DNA of 63,967 nucleotides, filler included, from Octopus bimaculoides (Eukaryota): NCBI RefSeq assembly GCF_001194135.2. It is 6 parts of 5 records of this genome, joined end to end, with 100 filler letters (N's around TTAATTAATTAA, not from the genome) between each part and the next. Parts side by side here need not be neighbours in the genome. Positions count along the whole stretch, not along the records: positions 1 to 29,742 come from NC_068992.1; positions 29,843 to 44,697 come from NC_068986.1; 4 more parts are not named here. One strand, written 5' to 3'. The notes beneath the pieces are model-generated. The model searched no databases. It was not told the DNA's origin and saw only the letters and a program-made list of their open reading frames with translations. The position numbers and the translations under genes are program-made. Below are positions 28,829 through 40,271 of the stretch, piece by piece; position 1 is the first letter of the stretch, and every line of letters begins with the position of its first letter.

Positions 28829-29187
28829 GCACACACACATATTACAGCTAGTCTTCATTAAGGTAAACCTATCACTGTCCATAGCTATTTTGGAGAAAAT
28901 ATTCACTCGTGGCCTGTATTAGCCCGGCTTCTCCCTGCGAGGTGTATTTTAAAGTCCTTAGATCTTGATGTTTGTTCGTTATACGCCCAATGATTTCTCT
29001 GTAGCCGAATGTGCAACATTTTCCACATGACTAAACAACCACTCTAGAAATTAATGGACACCAATCTACTTTAATTGACTTACCATTCTCTGTGAAGTAA
29101 TTCCTAACAATATTCCTGGTCTTTGATTAACACTTTCCATTTTTACTAAATGTAAGGTTTAGCCGAAACACGCTCAATTATATACGC

Positions 29188-29266
<79 letters not shown>

Positions 29267-29361
29267 TTCGTATACATATGTATACACACTTATATATATA
29301 TATGCTACACGCACACATATATATATATATACATACATACAACGATATATATATGTGTGTA

Positions 29362-29418
<57 letters not shown>

Positions 29419-29694
29419 CCGTGTGTATGTGCATATATATAAGCGTGCTACACAAACGTGTATATACAGGGTGAATCCAAAACCAATGAATTATATGTGC
29501 CCAAGTCACAGGTCAATTTCCACTATATTTTCATATAAATTTATGACGAGATCAATGTAATGAAATATATGTCGTAATCTGCGAATCATGAACGCACAGA
29601 GTTAAAAATAAATCGCAATTTATAATATAGAAGATATATCATATCCTTACGTACAATTTTCACAGTATACCTATAAATAACTGCATATACTCAG

Positions 29695-29742
<48 letters not shown>

Positions 29743-29842
29743 NNNNNNNNNNNNNNNNNNNNNNNNNNNNNNNNNNNNNNNNNNNNTTAATTAATTAANN
29801 NNNNNNNNNNNNNNNNNNNNNNNNNNNNNNNNNNNNNNNNNN
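29743..29842. other. Artificial scaffold linker (44 N + TTAATTAATTAA + 44 N)
   Basis: Exactly 100 nt with a palindromic six-frame stop cassette at 29787-29798; the identical structure occurs five times. Confidence 0.95.
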
Positions 29843-30000
29843 ACTGGCAACGGTCACGCTCAGGATGGTACATCTTATGTGCCACCCGCACAAGAGCCAG
29901 TCCAGGGGCACGTGCCATCCGGTTTCACCAGTCCTCAGTCAAATCGTCCAACCCATGCTAGCATGGAAAGCGGACGTTAAACGATGATGATGATGATGAT
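29843..30000 (+). mobile_element. RTE LINE 3' tail ending in (GAT)n
   Basis: ccaacccatgctagcatggaaagcggacgttaaacgatgatg. Positions 29913-30000 are 87/88 identical to 39539-39626. Confidence 0.75.
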
Positions 30001-30002
30001 AT

Positions 30003-30144
30003 ATGATGGGCTTCTTTCAGTTTCCATCTACCAAATCCTCTCACAAGGCTTTGGTCGGCCCAAGGCTATAGTAGAAGACACTTGCCCAAGGTGCCACACA
30101 GTGGGACTGAACCCAGAACCATGTGGTTGGTAAGCAAGCTACTT
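30003..30144 (-). mobile_element. Composite SINE A-part (tRNA-like head and core)
   Basis: gatgggcttctttcagtttcc..gaagacacttgcccaagg..gggactgaacccagaacc; homologous to 50757 and 62950. Confidence 0.8.
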
Positions 30145-30199
30145 GAAATTTTTATGAAATTTACTGCTGTAGAACTATAGGAAATGAATCTAGAGATAC

Positions 30200-31190
30200 T
30201 CTGTAGTAGTAAAGAGGCATTCCTTAGCAAAGATGTGAATTTTATGTCTTAGGTACCACTGAAAATCCATGGAAAATGGCTAGTGAAAGAATTATTAGAG
30301 TATTGGGGAAATATGTGATATTTGATTATTTGTGCCTTCTCCTAATTTTATTTTGGAGGAAGGAGCTTTGCTTATGGCTGTTGCTGATCCTCTGAGACAC
30401 GAGATTGATGTGGCAAATGTTCCTCATGAATAGTTGTAAGTTGACAACAAAAATATAGGCAAGGAGAAAATTCTTGAGGAGGGATTCTAAAGAAGAACAA
30501 TTTGGTATACTGGTAATTTGGTTGTAGCACAATATAAATAATGAAAGATGGAGAAGCAAATGAGTCAGTTGGACCTGGATGGAGGGGCACAAGTAGTTAG
30601 CTCTGAAGAATGAACAAAAGCCATTGTTTTGGTAGTAGGAAAGACAAAAAGAAGAGACAGCATGTCTATAAGCCAGAATTTGGAGTGGGTTTGAGTGACT
30701 TTGTATCAATCAGTTTGATGGCCTTTTACTTTTTATGCAGACAGGATGTCTATGTGTCTACGAGCAGCATGTTTCCAGATGTGGGAAAAGTACATTATTC
30801 TAAGTTTCACTTGGGTTTTGTAAAGGGTTAGTAGTTTTGGCAGGGATGTGGTATTTTCTGGTTCTCAAAAGGTTGGTCCTTATGATACTGTGTTTGCTAT
30901 ATTGGGGATCTAAAATCACCGCAAGAAATCCTCAGTGATTGTGAGGGTTCCTGTTGCATGTTTGTCATGTTTATGGACTGTGGATACAATATTACTTTGT
31001 TGATATGTGCTGTTGAAGGGACCACATTTAAAGATGTTTTTGAGGTCTGTTCATGGAATCATTACCGGTTTGGCACAACGTATGTAGGGTGTATGTCGAT
31101 GATCCTTGGGTGTTGGATATTAGTAAGTAATGAAAAGTGGTATCATCTGTACAGGATTGTGAGTTATTCTGAGTTCAATTCCTGCATAGA
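30200..31190 (-). mobile_element. Highly decayed non-LTR element, possibly I/Jockey-group endonuclease region
   Basis: Minus-strand translation LESLLKNFLLAYIFVVNLQ resembles LExLIxQLPxPYIxxGDFN, followed downstream by a DHFP-I-like remnant. Many disablements. Confidence 0.35.
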
Positions 31191-31629
31191 TTAACTGTTT
31201 TTCATCCTTTCAAGGTCACTAAAATACCACTCAATAAAGGAGTTGATGTGGTTAACTATACCATTAAAGGTGGTACCTCTAGTGTGGCTGTAGTCTAATG
31301 ACTGAAAAAAATAAAACAAGAAAAGACAAAATTTGCAAAATTGTTCAGTAGTGTAAATGTCATGTAGTTTGTGTTGTATTATGATATTTTTCTTTCAAAG
31401 CAAAAGATATTTTACTTAATAGATTTGTAATGAGATAAAATGATATATTTTAATTCATGCCACCAAAACATTTAATGGTTTCAATTATGGCATGCAGCCA
31501 TACCAGGGCACCAATCTAAGTCAATCATATGAACTTCACTACTTGATTTTTATTACACACTCCCATTTCATAGGAAGGAAAGTAAAACCAACTGTTAATT
31601 AAATACTACACGCCATTATCAACATTATT

Positions 31630-31866
31630 TACATTGGATGGATATGTCCTCATCTTGTTTGTTGTTACCACAACATTTCAGCTGATTTACTCTCCAGCCT
31701 TCATCAGGTGTCCTGGTAGAATTTTGAACCCAACCCTGGGTTCTTATTCTTAAGGTATTTTTTGCTGATTTTTATTATTATTATTATTTATTCAAGGACT
31801 GCCTGGAATTGAACTCAGAATCTTGGGGTTAGTAGCCTGCGCTGTTAACCATTATGCTATATGCCC
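31630..31866 (-). mobile_element. tRNA-headed repeat carrying a Penelope-like 3' segment
   Basis: The minus strand begins with a tRNA-like head (gcatatagcataatggttaacagc...ctgagttcaattcc) and continues into a hammerhead-like motif. Confidence 0.5.
31667..31712 (-). ncRNA. Degenerate Penelope-type minimal hammerhead ribozyme motif
   Basis: gacac-CTGATGA-a-ggctg-gagagtaaat-cagct-GAAA-tgtt-gtggt: 5-bp stem II and partial stem I. Stem III reads ATGT, apparently decayed from ACGT. Confidence 0.45.
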
Positions 31867-31932
31867 GTGGGCATTATCAACAATTGTATATTTTCGATAA
31901 GACATTTATTTTGAAAATTTTTGTCCTTGTAG

Positions 31933-32194
31933 GTTTGTTAGAAGTAAGAAATATCAGAATGTCACCTATGTGGAAGCAGCTATTGGACAGCGAGATGGGT
32001 TTTCAGAATTTGTTATCACAGATGACCTTGGAACTATGCAGAACCATCTTGCTTCAAGTCACCACAGTGTAGGAGTTGGGAGAAAGTCAACTATTCAAGT
32101 TAAATGCTTCAGTGTAAAGACATTTGTTTCTAAGTACAATGTTCCCAAGAAGTTTGGTGTTTTGTCTATAGATGCTGAAGGTACTGGAGACAAG
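31933..32194 (+). CDS. Internal coding exon of a FkbM/Methyltransf_21-family SAM-dependent methyltransferase (5' exons missing)
   Basis: Acceptor ttgtccttgtAG at 31931-32 and donor AAG|GTAAGA at 32195. Phase 2 to phase 0, open frame FVRSKKYQNVTYVEAAIGQRDGFSEFVITDDLGTMQNHLASSHHSVGVGRKSTIQVKCFSVKTFVSKYNVPKKFGVLSIDAEGTGDK. NVTYVEAAIG and V-x-C...LSIDAEG match FkbM motifs (NVxxxxxAvG; dllkIDvEG). Confidence 0.85.
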
Positions 32195-32699
32195 GTAAGA
32201 GTTTTATATGTGTGTGTGTGTGTGTGTGTGTATGCATGTGTGAATGTTTAAAATGGTGATTAACACTTTAAGTATGGAAATCTTCAATAGTGATTTCGCA
32301 AAAGTGTGCCAAGAGGAAGAAGTTGTCATACCAGTTTTAAGAAGTATAAAAATTCATCTCCTTCATGAGATTCAGCTACCTGAGATCAGTCATGTATCCA
32401 TGTTAATAACTTGACACTTCTTTATGCCAACTGTCATTATCCATATATATATATATATATATATAACATTTTCTGTATAAGCACAGCCCTTTCTCTTGCA
32501 CATTACATCTGATACCTCTTCTGCTTAGTTTTCCTTTCAGCTCCTTTGTGTTCTGTCATTTACACACACTAACATTTTACATACAGCAGAGCATTTCTTT
32601 TCAGCCTTTTTACACCTGTATTTAGTATCCTTATTTTACTACCATGCAGTATCATGTTTATACACCAGTATTCAAACAGAAAATGTATTTGTTACTAGT

Positions 32700-33260
32700 T
32701 TGGATAATAGCCACCTCAACCCCATCTCATTCTCACCCTGGCTTTTATATTTTTAGAACACCCATTTCCATTGTTAATTAGGTCACCTTGATAACAGAAG
32801 CTATAGATAGCCTTCTAGGCTTGGCCATTTTCCTGGAAGTAGCACAGTCCTGTCTTTTTTCCTACTGACTAATACTTTAGTCTTTGCAAAGTTTGCTTTG
32901 AGACCTTTTGGTTCTAGATTTTGCTTCTGTGTCTGGAATTTCTTCCCTAATTCTAGTATAGATTCATAGGTAAGAACTAGATCATCTGCATATGAGACTT
33001 TCCATGGACAGCCAGTTTTAAGCTCCTCTGTTATGGCCTGAAAGACTATGATAAATAGAAGAGGGCTGAGGACTGAGATTAGTAAATCTTACCTTGCTGA
33101 CTGCACCTCTACTCAACTTGCATGACCTTCATAAGCCATTTGTCTACTGATAGTTTCCGTGACAACCAGATTACAGAGTGCAGAAGTTTGTCAAATGCAT
33201 TTTTGTAAGGCTGACAAATGCTAGATAGGACAGCTTTCTCACAGCTAAGTACTTCACATG
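32700..33260 (-). mobile_element. RTE LINE reverse-transcriptase fragment (intronic, antisense)
   Basis: 32871-33077 on the minus strand translates to SVLSPLLFIIVFQAITEELKTGCPWKVSYADDLVL...GLKANFAKTKVL (YADD motif). Confidence 0.8.
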
Positions 33261-34550
33261 CAGTTGTCTAACTAGGACGTTTTTTTTTTTGCTGATGTAT
33301 GTTGAGATTCAAACTTCTTGGGACCATAAACAAATGGTTTCGTATGTGTCAGTAAACAAGGATATATAGCTGCTTCCATAGCTTTGTAGCTTGTCAGACA
33401 CATGGAAACATAGGTGGGAACAGTTGCAATTCACAGGTCATCTATGTGATTGTATCATCTGTTGAAATGTGGGGTTGGCATCAGGAAGATGGTGTCATGG
33501 TCTTGTCATATCAGTGTATCATTTTGTCATTGAGAGCATCCTTGACAGAGAGGTACTTTGTCTGAACAAGAATGAGGAAGGGATAACAAAAGACGGCCAT
33601 ACTCAATAGCAATGATCATCATCCATTCCATTTGCCTACTTGCATGTATATGTGTGTGTGTGTGTGTGTCTGTGTTGTTTTCTTGAACAAAACACTTTAT
33701 TTCACATTGTTCCAGTTCACTCAGCTGTAGAAACGAGTTGTGACATCATTGGCGCCAAGCTGTATTGGCCTTTGCCTTTCTCTTGGATAACATTGGTGGT
33801 GTGGAGAGGGGAGGCTGGTATGCATTGGCAACTGCTGGTCTTCCATAAACAATCTTGCCAAGATTTGTTCCTTGGAGAGGAACTTTCTAGGTGCATCCTA
33901 TGGTCATTCATGACCAAAGGTGTTCTCTTATGTATGGCATATTACCAAAGGTCTCAGTCACTAGTCATTGCCTCTGTGGGGCTCAAAATTTGAAGATCAT
34001 GCTTCACCACCTCATCCTATGTCTTCTAGGGTTTCCCTCTTCCACAGCTTCTGTTCACTGGTAGAGATCGTTAGAACTGCCAGTATTCATTTTCCCTCAC
34101 TATGAAGTGCTATCTAACCATTCTTTTCTCTCACCATGGAGTACTATCTGACCATTCAGTCTGATCATGGATTTACCTGTAGGAAATTGCTCGTGAAAAA
34201 AATTTGCTTTTACTAATCTCATCTGACCCATGCGAGCATAGAATATTAGACATTAAAACAATGATAATGGTGATGATGATGATAGTGGTGGTGATGGTGG
34301 CTGTAGTAGTGGCAATGTTGTAGTAGTTTTATATATTTAATTGCAAGATGTTCCATCTGAAGGTTTGCAATGCTGTATCAAGATTCATCAAATATCAAAG
34401 GAATCAGGGTACAACTATGTGGAACTCCAGATGAAACATCTTGCAAGTTGTAAGAAACCATTGAAATAAAAGCTTTTACACTTTGCTATTAAACTCATTG
34501 AGTATTTTTTTTAAGATTTGAAGACACTTCAGCTTTATGATTAACAATAT

Positions 34551-34733
34551 CATCATCATCATCATCATTTAACGTCTGTTGTCCATGCTGGCATGGGTTG
34601 GATGGTTTGACTGGGCTGGTATGCTGGAAGGCTGCACCAGATTCCAGTCTGATTTAGCATGGTTTTCTACAGCTGGATGCCCTTCTTAATGCCAACCACT
34701 CTGAGAGTGTAATGGGAGCTTTTATGTGCCACC
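34551..34733 (-). mobile_element. RTE 3' tail fragment
   Basis: (ATC)n-ttaacgtc..catgctggcatgggttgg..gctggatgcccttc..aaccactctgagagtgta. Confidence 0.7.
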
Positions 34734-35769
34734 AGATATATATATATACATACAAATACTCCTGAGCAGGCCAACACTGCTGGGTATTTGTGAACATAAC
34801 TTTAGCTGTCCGTAAATGGGAAATAATCTGACATAATGTTACATAGCATGTACCAAATTTTAACATCATTATTTCTTCTTCTGAAATATCAACAGCATCA
34901 ACATGGCAGAATCTAATCTGACACAGGAAATTAAAAGAGGCACACTGTGCTGTGGCACTAGCTGTAAACTGCTGCTAGCTCCTTGAATGGCCCTTTGTGT
35001 TCAGGGTCAAGAAAGAGCTGGAGGCCTGTGGCAGAGACATGTCGTCTATGGTCAAGAAAAAGAAACATTATCTACAGTCAGACATCATTAGTATGACTGA
35101 GGTCATCTTGTAGGTCCAGAACACCATCATTAACAATCCCAGTAGGTTGATGAGGGCCATTGCTGAGCAGATGTGTCATTCTTATTGACTCAATTACTGT
35201 AGCAAATTGCATGTGAAAAGTATTAACTCATCCTATATCAGTGAGTGTATCTTTCAATAATCAGTTCATCATTATCTCTTGTCTAATATTATTTAGATCT
35301 TTAGTATATTTTAGCCATCATAGTTAATCTGTATTGTGGAATAATGTTTTTGAAACTGAGTAAAAATATTACATGGTTCACTTCAACCATCCAGTTAACA
35401 ATTCTTATCTAAAATTTAAAAAAATTAAATTGTATTGGTGACTAGGTGACAGAAATACAATAAAACTTTTTGATACTTATAATAGACAGTAGTTACTTCT
35501 GATAGGACTGTATGGAGGAAATGCCTCCTAAATGACTCTACTCTTATTGATCCTCCCAGGAATAGTAGGCAAAGAAGGTGGATGGATTGATGGATAATAG
35601 AGAGCAAACATTATAAATGAAAATTAAAGAGACCAGAACTTGTGTGTTCCTTTAAGTGGCTAAAGTAACTCTTTTACAATATAATGCTTCAAGTTTCTAT
35701 GTACAGTCTCAGATTAGCTAATTTGCTTAACAAGTGCAACCCTGAAAGTTCTTTTATTATTAACTAACC

Positions 35770-36597
35770 AAGTTAGTAGTGGAGGTGATTGTTTCAAAAG
35801 CATAGCTGCTAGAATAAGAATAGGCTGGATGAAGTTCAGAGAGCTGCTACCTCTGTTGGTAATGAAGGGCCTCAGAGTGAAAAGCAGATTCTACGATGCC
35901 TGTGTACAAATAGCTATGCTACATGGCAGTGAGACATGGGCTGTGACTACTGAGGATATGCAAAGACTTGAAAGAAATGAAGCCAGTATGCTTCGCTGGA
36001 TTGGTAATGTCAGTGTGCATATACCACAGAGTGTAAGTGATTTGAGAGAAAAACTGGGTGTGCATGACATCAGATGTAGTGTGCAAGAGGGAAGATTGCA
36101 CTGGAATGGCCATGTAATGCATATGAATGAAGACAGTTGTATCAAGAGATGCCAGTCTCTAATTTTAGAGGGAGTATGTGGAAGGGGTAGACCCAGGAAG
36201 ATGTGGGAAGAAGTGATAAGAAAGGATCTACAGATGGGATTCACAGGGGGGATGACGGGATTGAGACTCCTGGTAGTTTGCTGTGGTTGAAAAGACATGT
36301 CAAGCTAAGTAAAAGTGTGGTTGCTTTTGCATACAGGCTTGTCCCCTGCAATCCTCTCCAACTGAGCATCCCGAATCTTGCAGGCACATAGGTGCTGGTG
36401 CCACATAAAAAACACCCATACTAGTGCTGCATAAAAGCACACTCTGTATAGTGGTTGGCATTAGGAAGGGCATCTAGCTGTAGAAACCATGCCAAAAAAG
36501 ATATGGAGCCTGAACAGCCCTTCAGATAGTCAGCTCTTGTCAAACCATCCAACCCATGCAAGTATGGAAAACAGGACATTAAATGATGATGATGATG
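35770..36597 (+). mobile_element. 5'-truncated RTE LINE (RT C-terminus, 3' UTR, (GAT)n tail)
   Basis: ORF 35829-36290 contains MLHGSETWAVT..RLERNEASMLRW..RLHWNGHVMHM..GRGRPRKMW, the RTE-clade C-terminal signature. Confidence 0.9.
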
Positions 36598-36920
36598 AAG
36601 CTATTAAAAATAATTAACTGTAGTTTTGTAAATGCATAACCCATTTTTCTCCTTGATGGATATACATAAAATGTCATCTGAAAGCAGTTACAATGATTTG
36701 TAGGAGTGAATACAATTGTTAATATTATTCTATAGCAACAGACTGTATAAACTTCAAGCTTCTTTTGTTTCTGTTGGCATTTGGCAAATAGAAAGAAAAA
36801 AAAAGCAAAAACAATTCAGGAATTTCATGTTGTATTCAAAACGCCTCATTTTCTTTGTTCCTGTATTGCAACTGTAAAATAAGCATATAACTGACTACAT
36901 CATCCTTTAACTCAGCATGT

Positions 36921-37296
36921 TGTTGTTGTTGGCACTCCGTCGCTTACGACGTCGAGGGTTCCAGTTGATCCGATCAACCGAACAGCCTGCTCGTGAAATT
37001 AACGTGCAAGTGGCTGAGCATTCCACAGACGCATGTACCTTAACGTAGTTCTTGGGGAGATTCAGCGTGACACAGCGTGACACCTTTGAAATACAGGTAC
37101 AACAGGAAGAAAGAATGAGAGAAAGTTGTGGTGAAAGAGTACAGCAGGGTTCGCCACCATCCCCTGCCGGAGCCTCGTGGAGCTTTTTAGGTGTTTTTGC
37201 TCAATAAACACTCACAACACCCGGTCTGGGAATTGAAACTGCGATCCTATGACTACGAGTCCGCTGCTCTAACCACTGGGCCATTGCGCCTCCACC
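36921..37296 (-). mobile_element. Full-length young SINE (family C variant) with a 12-bp TSD
   Basis: Flanked by perfect direct repeats AACTCAGCATGT (36909-36920 and 37297-37308); tRNA-like head, (AAC)n tail, CpGs intact. Confidence 0.85.
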
Positions 37297-37624
37297 AACT
37301 CAGCATGTATTCTACAATAATATCACATACCAATGGGGTGTACACTGCCTTCTCAATATATATTACTTTCTCACTTAATTTCTATCTCTTTTCTCACTAA
37401 TTAACACAAAACATAATTCATGTGCTATTCAGTTCATTTCTTATCAGTGTCTCCAGATCCCCTACATGCATAACCCAATCACTTCCATTAATTATCCATG
37501 TGAATGTGGAATATCTTCAGAAGTTGCTTGTTACTCTCCATGCAAATCATGTGGGTTTTTTTTGAGATGTGATGATGAATTAGGTTGGATCGAACAACAA
37601 CCTTTACAGTGACAACAATGTCAT

Positions 37625-37988
37625 CATTCTTTTATTCATTTACTTGTTTCAGTCATGTGACTGCAGCATCGCCTTTAAGGGTTTTTTAGTCGAAGAAATC
37701 AATCCCAGGATTTATTCTATCAATCTCTTTTGCTGAACTGCTAAGTTATGGGGGATGTAATCACACCAACATCAGTTGTCAAGTGATGGTGGGGAAACAA
37801 ACACAGACACAGAGACACACACACACATAAATATATACATATATACATATGATGGGCTTCTTACAGTTTCTGTCTACTAAATCCTCTCACAAAGTTTTAG
37901 TCAGCTCGATGTCATAGAAGACACTTGCCCAAGGTGTCATGCAATGGGACTGAACCTGGTTGGGAAGCAAACTTCTTATCACACAGCC
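37625..37988 (-). mobile_element. Complete composite SINE: A-part, microsatellite, B-part
   Basis: B-part 37625-37800, (CA)/(TA) run about 37800-37850 and A-part 37850-37988 are contiguous and in one orientation. Confidence 0.75.
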
Positions 37989-38491
37989 AAATTGCATATG
38001 TTTACACACACACACACACATTCTCACACATGCACACACACGCGTATAGTTAGATATGCATACATACAAGCATGCAAACAAGCAAACAATAAATAGAAGA
38101 AGCGTGAAGTGCAGAGAAACAGACAGAGGATAGAGAAATTCTTTAATTTTAGGTAGACAACATTTCTAGTGTTAGTGGTGTAATAAATGGTGCCAGTATA
38201 TTCTGTAAAGTTACAGGTGATAGGATATTTTGCTGTTGACATTGTATGAAAAATATATGAGACACACAACAGAGATTGGTGATTATTTTTGCTGTTGATG
38301 ATGTGGGACCAGAACAAAGGACAAGCCACTGTTGTCCAGCCTTTGCTAGCATTGAAAAATAAGCCTTAAATGATGATGAAGATGCATGTGTGCACATAGA
38401 CACCAACACATGCTCATGCACACATACACACAGTATATATGTATATTTGTATCTACAGTGTGCAACAGCAGGTTTGCATGAAGTAAAATAA

Positions 38492-38525
<34 letters not shown>

Positions 38526-39460
38526 TGTAATTATTTAATAAACAAAGCAAGTATAGCTTTCAAAATGGAAAATTGAGAGAAAAAATAATGCAAGTTATGT
38601 TCAATATTTAGGATGAACTACAGTGGTTACTCTCCTGGATATAGATACCACTAGATTTTGGCACGTTCCTTTAATTTCATCATCTGTGTGCCAGACTTGA
38701 ATAAAAGATTGAATGAGTTATTGTTTTGTTTGAAGTCATAATGATTTTTATGTGGGTTTTGCCTATCCTCCAGATGTTTTCAATTGGATTTAAATCTGGT
38801 GAAGATGGAGGTTAATCAGGGACAGTGTTACACCATGTTAATGAAAGAAATCCATTGAATTCTTGCTAACATGAATTAGTGCATTATCTTGCTGAAAAAT
38901 GTCACCACAATTTTGAAATCAGTCATTTACTTGCAGCACAACATGACACTTGAAGATATCCTTTATGTAATGTTCACTATCAAGCTTTCCTTCAACAACA
39001 TGACTACATTCTGTTTTCCCTTAGTAAAAATATGCCCAGATCATTACTTGTACCAGATGTTTTAGTGTTTTTCAGAAATGGTCCACTGTTAATGAACGAC
39101 CATCTATTAATTGCTCAAAATTTGGGCAATCATCTGTGATCTGAATCATTATCCTGTTATTAAAAACAACTGTTTTCTGAATGTTCCACAGTCCAATTCT
39201 GGTGATTAAGTACCCATTCATATCATTTGGCTATCTGTTCATTTGGACATTTTGGTGGTTGTGTAAAAAAAAACATCATCACCTTTTCATTTAAGTTAGT
39301 TTTTAACATCACATGAAACCTTTTCAGGGTTTGTTTTAAATTTAAATTTGTCTCTTATGATGTTGGTCACATTCATTAAATGCATGACTGTGACCACCAC
39401 AACTTTCATATTGAGTGTTTGCACTTCCTACGCTTTGGTACTGATTAATAATTTGTGTAC

Positions 39461-39626
39461 TACACTCTCTGAGTGGTTGGCGTTAGGAAGGGCATCCAGC
39501 TGTAGAAACTCTGCCAAATTTAGATTGGAGCCTGGTGTTGCCATCCGGTTTCACCAGTCCTCAGTCAAGTCGTCCAACCCATGCTAGCATGGAAAGCGGA
39601 CGTTAAACGATGATGATGATGATGAT
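39461..39626 (+). mobile_element. Young RTE 3' tail
   Basis: gagtggttggcgttaggaagggcatccagc...gcggacgttaaacgatgatg; CpGs retained. Confidence 0.8.
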
Positions 39627-40271
39627 GTACCACTGCTTTGGTTCATTTCTACATAGTTTGCAATCTGTTGATGTGTCATAGAGGTGTTTTTATGAAGCGC
39701 TGTAATTTGGGCTCATTTTTCTTTATTGTTCATTTTTCTGCTAATATCTCCAAAATTGAGTTAAAAAATAACGATTTCCTATTGTCACATGATAGATATG
39801 CTTTTTATCATTTTTAGAAAATAATTTTTGTGTGAAATTTACTAAAACAAAAGAAAAATATCATAGATTAAAATGAAAATTTTTTCAAGCAAACTTGCTT
39901 TTGAATTCTGTATCTCTATCTGTTTATCTCATACATATGTATTGATCAGTCAATCAATTCTCTAACCCTTTAAGCATTCAGATTAATTTTATCAAATGTA
40001 ATGCTTATTTATCCACACTTTAAAAAATTAATTCTGTATTATCATGTAGCTTCAATATTTTGAAGATATAATTGCTTATTTTTAGAATGACATTGTAGGG
40101 TAGGTGCGAGAGACTGGATCTGGCCAATTTGAACATAAAACAGGTAGAACATTTGGGCCAGACATAGCTGGTTTAAATGTTAAGGGGTTAAATGTAATTA
40201 AAAATCCTTAATAAAGAAAAAAAAATATTCCCAGAAAACTAATCAATGTTTAATGTTCTTATCTTTTTCAG

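Noticed and set aside
29787-29798. Repeated TTAATTAATTAA between gaps as a CRISPR-like or regulatory repeat
   Set aside because: The fixed 44N-12-44N geometry shows it is an artificial linker.
35829-36290. Host protein-coding gene (also 44137-44550 and 52532-53306)
   Set aside because: The translations are LINE ORF2 C-terminal fragments, 5'-truncated, with retroelement tails or disablements.
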